A stretch of DNA of 64,000 bases, from positions 90,249,561 to 90,313,560 of the forward strand of contig NC_068987.1 of the NCBI RefSeq assembly GCF_001194135.2, given 5' to 3'. The notes below the pieces were generated by a model. That model worked only from the letters and a program-made list of their open reading frames with translations. It was not told the origin of the DNA and did not search any database. The position numbers and the translations under genes are program-made. Numbering within the stretch: the first letter of the stretch is position 1; every line of letters begins with the position of its first letter. This DNA is from Octopus bimaculoides. Taxonomy: Eukaryota. This document shows, piece after piece, positions 1-19,456 of this stretch.

Positions 1-1748
1 ACACCCTTACTAGAACAAAAACAATGTTACAGAAGCATTGATGACAATTCAAAACTAACAAAAGCGTAGGGAGAGAAAGACAGCGCAGAGTCCCCTATGC
101 CCTATAGGGACTGAAGGTTTTAAGTAAGTAAATTATTAGATCAATCTAATTGACTGTACACTGCACATAAATGTTGTAGTCATAAGTCAAGTTTAGAAAT
201 CCTTAATATGGCTAAAGAACTTAGAACATACAAATGTTTATATGATAAACAAATAACAAAATACGTGAATTTGTTAAACTGGCCAACTCCTGCCATCTTG
301 GGAAATAAACATTAAATGATGATATGTGCACATTCATCATTTTTGTAATGTCCATAGCTCAATGGGGATAGATGGTGTATTTCACTCCAGGCTGAACCTT
401 GTGCAAATATTCCCTTTACCACAACTACAACCTTTGCCATCATCCCCACAATCACAACAAATTTATCTTTCGAGTACCACTACCCAATTCCCCTCCCCTC
501 CACCAATCATCACTAACACCACTCCAGTTATTATGAATGAACTGTCTTCAATCACACTACAGAGACAAGATGGCAGGAAGATAAAAGTAGCAGAGGGTAT
601 AGCTATAGAGGTATGGTAGATGTCTAACAATGGTGATGGATGGCAGATGTGATGATGGTGGTGGCAGAACTGTTTATGTTCATACTGGGAACAGAGGTCT
701 TGGGGTATTCAGACATAATACCAAAGTTCAAGCTCAGCAGTAGATCCCAGACTTGAATTCTGTATCCAGTGGGGTGTGGTCTGGGACATCAAACCACAGG
801 ATACACTAGTGTGTAGAATATGAGCCACATTAATACTATTAATAGAGAAAACAAAACACTGAGAAGGTGTATTAGCAAGATTATGTGTTTCGTAAACACT
901 ATTCAAACTAAATTACAATTAGCCACTTATTAGAATTAAATCTCTGGATATTCTGATTAAGTATTATCATCCAGTTATTGTTATCTAAAAGGCTATAATG
1001 GCTTCACCTCCCTCTCCCTAGCTGTGTGTGTGTGTGTGTGTGGGAGAGTGTGCACATCTCTATATCATTAATGACTGCATGGTTAAAGTACCAAACAAGT
1101 AGTTACTGGGTCACAGCTTCCTAAACCATTGCAGGCATTTCACTGAATCTGAGCAAGATACTTATGTTGCCTAACACCTTATTCAGAGGAAGAATATCAA
1201 TTTCTTCCCCACCAATCACAACAATAGCTGCATTGATCCTTCTGGTCGAATACGAAATACCTAAATCATGAAAAGGAATTTGAAATTTTAAACACCAAGT
1301 GAAGAGAAAGAAATGAGGACAAGAGAAGGAGAATTTGAGGAAGAAAGAATGAGAGAAAGAGTGATAAAGGCTAACAGACAGAAACTTTGAGGTCACTGTC
1401 AGCCCTCTTCTTGTAAAAGTTTAGTAAGCATGTATTCTACTAAAAAAATATTGAATTTAACAGTTTAATGTTAAATTGCTTTTATATAGAACTGACATAA
1501 AAACATTAACGAGGGGCCTTGTCCAGCAAGTTACTCAGTGACCTCACTAGAGCTGGTGCCATATAGAAAGCATCTAATAGATTGTGTAAAGTGGTTGGCA
1601 TTAGGAAAGGTATCCAGCTTTAGAAATCCATGAACAGAAACCAAAACAGACAGCAGGGTTTGGTGCAATCTTCTTATTTGCCAGTTTCTGCCAAAGTGGC
1701 CCTACCCATACCAGCATGAAAAACAGACATTAAATGATGATGATTATT

Positions 1749-1791
<43 letters not shown>

Positions 1792-2593
1792 AGAGAGAGA
1801 GAGAGAGATGGAAGAAAGGAGAAAGAGAGTGTATGATGACTAACACAGAAAGCTGTATGAAGCAATTGTATTAAAGTAAGGTAGAAATTGAAATTTAAGA
1901 TGACACAGCAAAAGCTTAACGTATTTGTTTCTCTTAAAAAGAGAGAAGGAAAAAAAACAATTTCTGTTTACATATCCCACAGTTAAATCTCATTTTCAAT
2001 ACAAAGATATCACAGAGATAGAGTTACATTTCCTCACTGCAAACTTTTCCATACACCTGTTATCAAGACTTCATTTGTCAGGGCAGAAGCGTCAATCCTT
2101 TTGAAAAATAAGTCTTTCTACTTTTATTTTCCACTTCCACTTGAGCTGATTTGTTTGATTATTATATTTTGGGAGGGGTTACAAAGCAGTTCCCAGAAAT
2201 GCCAACGGCAGTGCTAATAACTGATAACTATGTCAATGTGCTCAAATAACAGAATCTTAAACTATGAGCAATCTTAAACCACAAAATTTTCATTTTGAAG
2301 ACTAAAACACAGTGCTTTGTTCATTGAAGCAATAAACTGCTTCAGGATAAAATGTTGCTCAGATTCATAACACAGCTAAGTCTAACATCTGAAAACTATT
2401 AGTTTCTATATTGTGGTGAGGTTCATGTGGCTAAAGATGGCAGTGAGATTACTTTAGCCATGCTTCAGTTGAAGACTGGCAGCAAAGAACCAAGAAGAGG
2501 CACTTTGTTGTGTTGGGGCAATCCAAGGCCTTAAATTGCCCAATGTGACGATCTCCACATTTTGAGATTTCTTTGTTTTTAAGTGCTTGTCTC

Positions 2594-2644
<51 letters not shown>

Positions 2645-2666
2645 TATTATTATTATTATTATTATT

Positions 2667-3127
2667 AAGGGAAGCGAGCTGGCAGAATAGTTAGTACACT
2701 GAATGAAATGTTTAGCAGGATTTCGCATGTTGCTGCATTCTGAGTTCAAATTCTGCCGAGGTCAACTTCACCTTTCAGCCTTTTGGGGTGGATAAAATAA
2801 GTACTTGTTGAGGACTGGGGTTGATGTAATCCACTAGCCTCCTCCCCCAAAATTTCAGGCCTTGTGCCTACAGCAGAAAGAATTACTATTATCATTAATA
2901 ATAATAACGATGATGATGATAAGGCAGTGAGCTGGCACGGTCATTAGCATACTGGACAAAATGCTTTGCAGCATTTTGTGCATCTCTATGTTATGAGTTC
3001 AAATTCTGCCAAGTTCAATTTTGCCTTTCATCCTTTCAGGATTTTCAAAGTACCAGTTGAGTACTGGAGTTGATGAAATTGACTATCCCTGCTCCTCACA
3101 AATTTCAGGCCTTGTGCCAACAGAAGG

Positions 3128-3172
<45 letters not shown>

Positions 3173-3379
3173 GAAGGTGGTGAGCTGGTAGAATCGTTAG
3201 TACACAGGATGAAATGCATACCGGTACTTCACTCAATGCTACATTCTCAGTTCAAATTCTGCTGAGGCTGACTTTGCCTTTCATCCTTTCAGGGTCGATA
3301 AATTAAGTACCTGTTGCGTACTGGGGTCGATGTGATTGCCTACCCCATACCCTCAAATTCCAGGCCTTCAGTAGAAAGG
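2667..3379 (+). mobile_element. Three head-to-tail copies of SINE family B (about 210 bp) separated by (ATT/AAT)n
   Basis: Copies at 2667-2880, 2921-3128 and 3174-3379. Each starts AAGG..GAGCTGG.A, contains TCTGAGTTCAAATTC (B-box-like) and ends CAGGCCTT...AGAA(A)GG followed by (ATT)n. Confidence 0.88.
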
Positions 3380-4677
3380 ATTATTATTATTGTTCATTTA
3401 GTGTCTGCTTTCCATGCTAGAATGGGTAATACATCTTGACTGGAATTGGTAACCTCGAGAGTTGTACCTGGTTCCACAATGATCTGGCATGGTTTCTACA
3501 GCTGGATGCCCTTCCTAATGCCAACCACTCCACGAGTGTAATGTCCTCTACAATCACAGCCTCTGTTTCACTGCTGTGTAACATGGCTGTTCTCGCAAAA
3601 GCTCCCACTTACATTATACAATGTACATTCTCCACTGTATTTGTATTCCATATCCTTACTGTCATCATGTCTTGGGTCATTGTGGCCAACAAAAGAAATT
3701 ATTGAGGAGGAAGATGTCCTTCATATGATGGATGCTTTTGAATGATGGGCTTAACACACAACAGGAATACACTGATCTTTCATATCCAATTTGCAAGTCT
3801 AATCCAGAGTCCTGTTCAACTAAAGCATAGAATGAGATGAGCAGCGGATTAGTGAATTGACTGAAGGTTGAACCAGATTGATGTGGCATTATCTATATCT
3901 GGCAGATGAGTGGATGAAAGTAATGGAAAATAAAGTGTTCTATCCAGATACACAAATTAAACTGGTCATCCATAAGTATGCAGACTAATACGGTATGAAA
4001 TTAGCCACCTGACCTCTACAGTGTGTGTGTGTGTGTGTGTGTGTGTACACGTGCTCTCACATGCATGTGCACAGACTTTTAAAAATGTTTTAATTGGCAG
4101 AAAAAATTACAAAAATGACTCAAGAACTGAGAGCTTCATGCATGGCACATATATACATGTACGCATGGACACATGGACACACACACAGAGATAAGGCTAA
4201 ATGTGGTAACTGCAGAATAGAAACATTTGTCAATTGAACAATTATATCAGCAGTTCCCAGAGTGGATCAACTGAACTTGAATTCTAAAAGTGTGAAGAAT
4301 TTGCTTTTGGGAGTTTTACAAGAGAAGGAATTTCTAATTTTTTTGAATCTAAGAAAAAAAAACAAACAAAAAAACAAAAGTAAAGAAGAAACCTGAATTA
4401 AATTTGTTGATGCCAGTACTATAATAAACAAACAACAATGAACATCAAATGATATTGTTTGGAGTGAGAATATAATGAATGTTTCAAGTGTGAGACTTTC
4501 ATCAGAGAACAAGAGAACATGAAATGAGAGCTTGTTAAAAAGGTTTGTAGCAAACAGCTGCCATATTTCTGATCCCAATGTTTTGACAGGCAGCATTGGA
4601 AGTGAGCTCAGTTTAGTATTGCTTTCAGAGGCTTTTATTTCCCCTGCTGTAACAAGGCACAAAAGATTGTATTTTAG

Positions 4678-11228
<6,551 letters not shown>

Positions 11229-12478
11229 TTCCATCAAATGTCTTTCAATATTTTGTTGTTGTTGTTCAGCATCAGATTAGCCATGATGAAGCTTAGCTCT
11301 CTGACCATTCCATCCTTAGATTTATGTAGTGTATCCAAAATTACATAATCCAAAGAGTCTTTTTTAAGAGAGTAGTGTATAATTAAGGGAAATCCATTTC
11401 CTATTTTGAGTGGGTGGATTACTCATGTAGAGGCATGTTCCACACTCACATAAATTAGCATATTTAATGAAGTAAGCATTAATAAGTAGAAGGGATACTT
11501 GGGCAATTTAAAAGATACAAAGACTTAAATGCATTTTTAATTTATTCCATTTATTTAATAGTTTGGGGGGAAGGAGTTAATTGGATAGAATGGCTCTTCC
11601 ATAATGTAACTGCTTCAGTTTCGACATGTGGCCTTAGAGCAAGTCCCTAACAAGACAAGTTTAACACTAGAAAAAGCTAGAATTAGTACGTGATGAAGAA
11701 AATAACAGATATTGTTTATAGACATGCAATGAATCAAAGATTGTAGTTATAATCTAGGAATCAAACATATCTGGTAGCACAACTTGGCAATATGTCCATG
11801 GGTTACATAGAAATTCCTAAACCCAATGAATTACATAACACATCATAATTTCTTTGACATATAATAAAAGTCAACTAGGTGTGGGCACCACACCTAGTTT
11901 TGTCTTCGTATACATTGTAAACACAAGACATGGCTAGGCAACATTTGAACCAAGGCTGTTAAAATGTTGAGATGACATTTCTCTGACAAACATTATTAAT
12001 GGAAAAAAGAAATAAAAAAACCAATACAAACAATTAGAATTATATAATGTGAGAGTGGAAGCCTGAAGACATCAAATCAATTAAGCTGATAAAAATAGGA
12101 ATTACACGGACCTCATTAAAGTATGTTAACTCATTGTTTCAGTTAATATATACTTTAAAGAATTAAAGACATAAGTCAGAATAATTCTAAGCTCTTTGCA
12201 TATAATGAAAAAGAGAGAGGATGACTGTAAGAGGACCATTTTAAAGGAAATCTGTTGAGTGTGTAGCGTGGTGCCAATTCATAACAGCCGGCAATATGAC
12301 GTTCAAATTCTGTTGAGGTCGACTTTGCTTTTCATCCATTTGGGGGTCAATAAATTAAGTACCAGTTGTGTACTGGGTCGATCTAATCGACTGGCCACCT
12401 CCCCTAAGATTTTGGGCCTTGTGCCTAGAGTAGAAAAGAATATCCAGTTAACTTGGGATGAATACAAAAAAAAAAAAA

Positions 12479-12885
12479 AAATGTAGCTGCAATAATTCAA
12501 TGGAATTTTTGCAAGAAGTTTGGTTTTGCATGTACAGGAAAGAGCTTTGACCTTTTTGAAGAAACAGAAAAGTTCTTGAAAACAATAAAGTGAGCTGTTA
12601 TGGAACTTCTCTGAATAAACATAAAAGAGAATAGAACACTAACAAGCCAGTTATTGCAGATGTTGATAAGAGAGTTTGTCTTGTAATTGACAGGAAATGT
12701 TCATTTGATGCCAGAATTTATCAAATTCTGGAACACAGAAATTAATAAGGTTATGATTCTGCCAATTGGAGCCTTGGGTACTGGTGAAAAATTTGAGAGT
12801 AAACCATGCAAAACCAGATCTTAGTATGGGAGTGGAGCCTTATTTACTTAGGCCTACAAAAATTATCCAGGAAGTCTTTGATAGA
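12479..12885 (+). mobile_element. Old, diverged R4/Dong-like RLE fragment (copy 3, different subfamily)
   Basis: Frameshifted translation NVAAIIQWNFCKKFG..VLENNKV.LLWNFS...RIEH.NKPVIADVDKRVCLVIDRKCSFDARI..KVMILPI.GALGT...LLRPTKIIQEVFD, collinear with the RLE C-terminus of copies 1 and 2. Confidence 0.7.
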
Positions 12886-12962
12886 AATAGCATAAAGAGC
12901 TTTTATGAGAGAAAACTGCTTCTCATCCCAGATTACAAGTCATGGTACAATGGGAAACATAA

Positions 12963-13564
12963 CCCTTTTTTTGCTGCATTTATTTTGTGATGCTCTGTGT
13001 TTCAATTACTCTTTTACTTGTTTCAGTCATTTGACTGCGGCCATGCTGGAGCATCGCCTTTAGTCGAAGAAATCAACCCCAAGACTTATTCTTTGTAAGC
13101 CTAGTACTTATTCTATTGGTCTCTTTTGCCTTACTGCTAAGTCACGGGGACGTAAACACACCAGCATCGGTTGTCAAATGATGTTGGGGACAAACACGCA
13201 CAAACACACACATATATATACATATATACGACGGGCTTCTTTCAGTTTCCATCTACCAAATCCACTCACAAGGCTTTGGTCGGCCCAAAGCTATAGTAGA
13301 GGACACTTGCCTAAGGTGCCATGCAGTGGGACTGAACTCGGAACCATGTGGTTGGTAAGCAAGCTACTTACCACACAGCCACTCCTGCGCCTACTTTAAA
13401 CGTAACAAAGAATTTAGTAAAACAACTTCATTATCATTAAGCTAGTGTTAGGAACATAAATTGTGACTAAGGTTTGGTGGCAGATTTTAATTCAGAACTT
13501 ATGAAAACAAGACATTTGTACTACAGAGCCAGAGGCAGTTTCAGCTGGGTTGGTCACAAAAGGG
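12963..13564. mobile_element. piggyBac-type MITE interrupted by a family A SINE
   Basis: ATAA|CCCTTTT ... AAAAGGG|TTAA. The MITE internal sequence resumes at 13393 after the SINE at 13006-13392. Confidence 0.82.
13006..13392 (-). mobile_element. tRNA-derived SINE, family A (CORE-like segment plus internal TA/TG microsatellite)
   Basis: Head AGGCGCAGGAGTGGCTGTGTGGTAAG...GAGTTCAGTCCC, then GGCACCTTAGGCAAGTGTC, an internal (TA)(TG) tract and a 3' end ...ACTGAAACAAGTAAAAGAG. Confidence 0.9.
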
Positions 13565-13604
13565 TTAAACGAGTGACAACTTCAATACAGTATGCTGTCT
13601 TTTA

Positions 13605-13955
13605 TTTTTTACTTATTTAAGTCAAGCTGGGGCACTACCTTGAAGAAATTTAGTCAAACAAATTGACTACTGTACTTATTTCTTTGTAATGACTGGTATT
13701 TATTCTATGAATCTCTTTTGCTGAACTGCTAGGTTACAGGGATGTAAACACACCAACACCAGTTGTCAAGTAGTGGTGGTGGGGAACAAACACACATATG
13801 TATGTATACATATGATGGGCTTCTTACAGTTTCTGTCTACCAAATCCACTCACAAGGCTTTGCCAACCTGATGATGCTTGCCCAAGGTGCTACCACATAG
13901 TGTGGGACTGAACCCAGAACCATAAAGTTGGTAAGCAAACTTCTTACCACACCTG
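13605..13955 (-). mobile_element. SINE family A, degraded
   Basis: Collinear similarity to 13006-13392. Confidence 0.8.
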
Positions 13956-14159
13956 CAGAATAATAATAACGATTTCCAATTTGTGCACAAAGCTAGAAAT
14001 TTTAAGGAGTCAGTCAATTACACTGACCCCAGTGCATAACTGGTACTTATTTTATCGACCTTGATAGAATGAAAAGGTAAACTTCAGTAAAATTTGCACT
14101 CAGGATGTGAAGAGCCAGAAGGAACGCTGCCAACGATTCTGCTAGTTCACTACCTTAAT

Positions 14160-14538
14160 CGTGGCACTCCATCAGTTACGACGACAAGGCTTCCAGTTGA
14201 TCTGATCAATGGAACAGCCTGCTCGTGAAATTAACTTGCAAGTGGCTGAGCACTCCACAGACATGAGTACCCTTAAGATAGTTCTCGGGGAGATTCAGCG
14301 TGACACTCAGTGTGACAAGGGTGGCCCCTTTGAAATACAGGTACAGCGGAAACAGGTAGAAAGAGAGAAAGTTGTGGTGAAAGAGTACAGTAGGGTTCGC
14401 CACCAGCCCCTGCCAGAGCCTTGCGGAGCTTTAGGTGTTTTCATTCAATAAAAACTCACAATGCCCGGTCTAGGAATCGAAACCATGATCCTACGACCAC
14501 GAGTCCGCTGCCCTAACCACTGAGCCATTGCACCTCCA
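14160..14538 (-). mobile_element. tRNA-derived SINE, family C (about 380 bp)
   Basis: Head GGAGGTGCAATGGCTCAGTGGTTAGGG...GGTTTCGATTCC (A and B boxes). 12-bp TSD CAC(T/C)ACCTTAAT at 14148-14159 and 14539-14550. Closely similar to 43484-43864 along its length. Confidence 0.88.
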
Positions 14539-17500
14539 CACCACCTTAATAATGGCAACAACAATAATTCTTTCTGCCATAGGCACAAGGTTTGAAACTT
14601 TGGGTGGGGGGGAAGCTAGTCAGTTGCAACAACCACAGTGCTCAATCCTGAAAGGGTGAAAAACAAATTGGAACTGGACAATGCAAAACCAGAAGAAATG
14701 CTGCCAAACATTTAGTCTGGTAATGCTAACTCATCATCTAAATGGTAGGAATAAATAATCATTCATGCGATTTAAGAAGGGGGGAGGCTCTGAAAGGGGT
14801 CTCAGGGAGTAGCGTCCCTGCCTTCCTGAGCTACTTTTCCACTGCATTTCTTAAAAATCGTGGTAGAGGCCTTGGTCTCAGGACCACTCATGTCTAGAAA
14901 CTGAGCTTGGGGGTAAGCAAGGGCATGCTCCCTGTAGAAAATCCAGCTCCAAAACAGCCTCATGATAGCAAGGGAGAATGGGCACCAGCCTGCCTCAGTT
15001 GCTATGGCATTGAGGTAGATCCAGCCACCCCCATTAACGGGGACAAAACCCAGATTTAAAACACTGGATGATGATGATGATAATGATGATGATGAACACA
15101 CCTGCATGAACTACCCCTCCACCACACCTACTAAAATTAAAAGCATTCATTTGATTCAGCAAATTGCTATATACAACTTTTCTTATTCTTCTAAGTGCAT
15201 TTCTCATGTTTCCTTTTTATTTCTGCTCATATCAATACTAAAAGACAGAAACTGCAAATTAAATTCCTCCAATGCAATCCCATTTCTACAACTGATGCCA
15301 TTAATTGCTTAATCTGCATGCAAAACAAGCACAAAATTCCTTGTCCAAAACTACTTTGTTTTAGAATCCTCATCTGTATTAAGAAGAGAAGTGACTAACC
15401 TGCACCAATCCAAACGAAATACCAAAGTTGATGTCTCTCATTCTAGCCATATATTTTCATACTCAAGAGTCAGGCACATCACACTTTGTCACTAGAGAAA
15501 TTTATGAGACAACCAGCTCCAATAAAGTTTTTCTTTACCTTTTTTTCCCCCCCTTTCTTTTGTGACTATTTAAGAATAGATGCATCTAATCAATGACAAC
15601 ATTTTAATATCCTATCTTGGGAATAGGTCTTGCAAAGACCTGTGAGCAAGTATAATCTGATCTACTCAACATCATTATGATGCTAACCAAAATAAATCAA
15701 ATATTCTCCAGCCACTGAAATTAATTAGCTGCTGCTTTTCCTAATGTTGCAACAACTGTCTAAACCCGAAAGTGAATCTATCTGAGATACCATTATATTG
15801 TCAGAATCAATCAGCCATATATGAAGAATTCTATATAAAGCATCAATAAACAAAAGACTTATCAAAGAGGTAACCAATATTTGCAGTAATTTCCATTACT
15901 TTAGCTATCAGCAAGATGACCATCCAGTCTACTTCCATGATATAATAAAGCAGATGTTCCAATTTTCAGATTCTTAATATAAAAAGAATCATGTATGAAA
16001 GACAACTTGTTTTATTTGAAAAAAATTACAAATACAAAGATTTGCAAACAAAGCTCTTTCTTATGTTCGCACCTGTTGCCTATTTTTAGTTAGCATCTGG
16101 AATCATCTCAACGGAAACAGCACAAAACACTTGTAGGATTTGCAATGGAATTAAAACATTATAAAACATTCGAGATTAACCAATATATAAATGAGAGCCA
16201 TTGAAAGTTGGCAAAAAATTTGAGAATAAAATTCATTTAACAGAGATAGTTCTATCTTTGTTAAATTTCTTTTTTTTTTTTTAAAGCTAATCTGTGACTA
16301 TTGATTTCTTGACAGCCACACGTTTACAGATTTAACAGCAGAGAGGAAATGATACAGCCTAAAACTGGTGCTTTTTCCAAAAGATATTAACAACATTAAT
16401 GAAGTTAATTGGATAGAATTGGGGATCAAAATCAGGTTGCCAAATCAGCTTATTGGAACACTGTGCATTATTCTACTTACTTGGCAAATATTGCAGAATA
16501 TTAATCTAAAATTTACTTTTATCTTGTACTCAACTTTCTAACCTCAAACAGTTGCAATCATTCATAGTGTAGGCACCACAACAATCCAAGTATATTTTAG
16601 AGGCAAAATAGTGTGAAGATATTAATTTCAAATTCCTTTGCATTCATTCACTATTTACAACTGCCATTAACAGCTCACAATGTCTCACCTTATTGGGGCT
16701 TCTATTAGATCAAATAGTAAATTATCAATGTATTTTCCATTCTTAAAAGGATTGTTAATTGTAGTTAATCCAATTACTATGTTGAAATATTAATTTATCT
16801 CAGCAGTTCTTTGTCCTAATTACTGATAATTTCCACAGTAGCTATGCAAACATTTATCTAATTATTGAAATATCAAGACACTTAATTCTTCAAATGATAT
16901 TTTGGCTCTAACATCAAGAATAGGGAAGTACATTTTCTCCTTTGTAGTTTTAATCTATATTGTGATTCAATAATTGAAAAAAAGTGTCATGTTCTTTGAA
17001 AATATTCACAGCAAAAGAAGACCAAAGAGGGCAATGCAAAAAATGGTAAAAGCACATTGTTTGACGGTGAACCATTTCCGATGACATGACAATGAGCTTG
17101 GCACATTTAACCAATCCATGCCAGTATATGAAAAACTGACATTAAAATGTGTTCTTTGAATTTTATTTCATAGGTTAGTCATTGGATTGCATATTATAAT
17201 TGACACTAGAAAGATACAAGGGACAAGATAGAATCTGAACTTGGAAAGTAACCAAATACCACAACATATTTTGCCTGGTGCACCACTAAATGTAGCATTC
17301 TGCCACCATAATATATATATATTATATACCTATTTGCTCATGTACAGGTTGAACCCCTAATTTAATGTTAAACCTTGGTACAAATTTTTTCCCCTCACAT
17401 TCAAACATGATATAAGCTCTGCCATGTGTATAAATTGTATCCCAGACTTTTCAATTAAAATCAAGTATAAAATAGTGCAACATGAGTAAAAGCAGTGTGT

Positions 17501-18579
17501 GCATATGTGTGTGTGTGTGTGTGTGTTCATACATCCATCCTTCAAATATCAATTATATTGAGACGTAAATATTCCTAAAAGTGTGATAAATAATATAAAT
17601 ATTCCAAGCATTTTTGAACTGAGGATTTAAAGTTGCATTCTTTCAATTATATTAAAGAAGAAACAATATTTCTAATGTTTTGTGGTAATGTAACAGAGTG
17701 CTGATTATTTTTCCTTGGGTAGTCGATGGAGGGATTTGGCAATGACTGCAGGCACAAGTTGAATAGATTCCACAAGACACACAATGATAACTTACAAGAG
17801 AAGTCAAGCGTAAGTTAGTTAAGGAAGTGACAGAGAGTGAAAAGGCATTGGCCAAAATATAGAGGGAAGACAAGTTGTTAGATGTTATATATATATATAT
17901 GGATGCTGGAAGAAAGAGATTCTGTGAGATAGTGGAGACAGGTACATACCAGAGATAGACAAATGAAAGTTTGGGAAGAGGTATTTAGATAAGAAGCAGA
18001 GCCTCAGAGAATAGATGAAGAAGAATCAAGACAGCAATGACGGTGTTATTGAAACAGATATTAACACATGAGTAATCTTTCATAAACATACCATCACACA
18101 AACACACAATGAAATTAGTAGCAGTTTGAGCAGAAACAACTATTTGCTCTTCTGGTTTACCTAACTGAATAAAACGAGATTTATGTGCGTGTACATGCAC
18201 ACACACACACACACACATGATAGATATATAGATAAGTAGCTAGATTTGTCATCACATTGCTAAAGATCAGGCCCACTCCCAATAACATTCCAGATTTAAA
18301 TAATTTTAATAACGATTTCTTGGCTTCCTATACCTTTAGTGAGCTAGCATCCACTTTTACTGTTAAGTTTACCTGCAGCAGGCGTTGCTGGGTATTATTT
18401 CCCCAGTCGTGTGTGTGTGTGTGTGTAAACAGACTCCACTCCTACATCACGGTTGAGTAATAAGCAGTCGGTAGGCATCCAGCTGTAAAAACAATTCTTC
18501 CAACAAATAAACCCCTCCCATCCACATTAAAAAAGAGAAAACATGAGGTAAATTTTATATATGTATATATATATATATC

Positions 18580-18641
<62 letters not shown>

Positions 18642-19456
18642 TGTGTGTGTGTGTATATATGTACGATGTATAAATCAAAATGATTTTACTGAGACTAACA
18701 ACAGTCAATGGGAAAAATTACTATTCCACGAGATAAAGGTGTGTATTATCAAAATGAGTATTTTAAGAAGTGATGCAGCAACATTTTTGACACACGAATC
18801 AAAATGTCAAGATAACTGATTTGAATGAGAAAATTATCTAGTTGCTACACCATTATTATTATTATTATTATTTGAGAGAAAACTAAAATATTTTGGATAC
18901 TTTAATAGTAAGAAGAAAAAAATGGTTTACAGAAATTTTTAACAGAGATTCAGTGAGACAGAGGAGACAGGTATACATAGAAGTGATAGAGAAATGAAAC
19001 TTTGGAAAGAAGCAAAATGAATGGGACAAAAGGCAGAGACAAACTAAGAATTGGATGGGTGGGTGACATGAAGAACTAAACAAACTGAAAACTGCAGTGA
19101 GGTAGAAAGATAGCACTAGGAAGAGTGAGATGTTATTTCATGATATTCAATCTGCTGAGAACAGATGATACCCGATGATGATGATGATGATGATGCTGAC
19201 GACGACGATGATGATGATGATGTTGACGACGACGGTGATGATGATGATGATGATGGTGTGTAGTTTCAGGTGACTTTGTTGGAATACAAACTTGAAGAGT
19301 TTTCAGTCAATTATATGAACACCAGTAATTTGTTTGCTATCTATTTTATTGTTTTCAAAAGATGTGCATCACACATGCCTCATGAGACTTTGAGCCAACT
19401 TGTATGAATGTAAAGCAAAAGTCAAACATAAAATAATAATATTAATAATAATAATA

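Noticed and set aside
740-880. PRLEFCIQW, resembling the CR1 RPHLEYCVQ motif
   Set aside because: The similarity is confined to about 9 residues and flanking motifs are not recovered.
2427-2540. Two small hairpins (TGGCTAAAG/CTTTAGCCA and GGGCAAT/ATTGCCC) and an FLYCGEVHV BTB-like peptide
   Set aside because: The stems are too short for a pre-miRNA, and the peptide match is too short and not extendable.
4267-4662. 131-aa minus-strand ORF
   Set aside because: Runs through poly-T/A low-complexity sequence, with no recognisable domain.
17723-17809. Candidate phase-0 exon SMEGFGNDCRHKLNRFHKTHNDNLQEKSS with AG/GTAAGT
   Set aside because: No recognisable homology or partner exon, and GTAAGT is expected many times by chance in 64 kb of AT-rich DNA.
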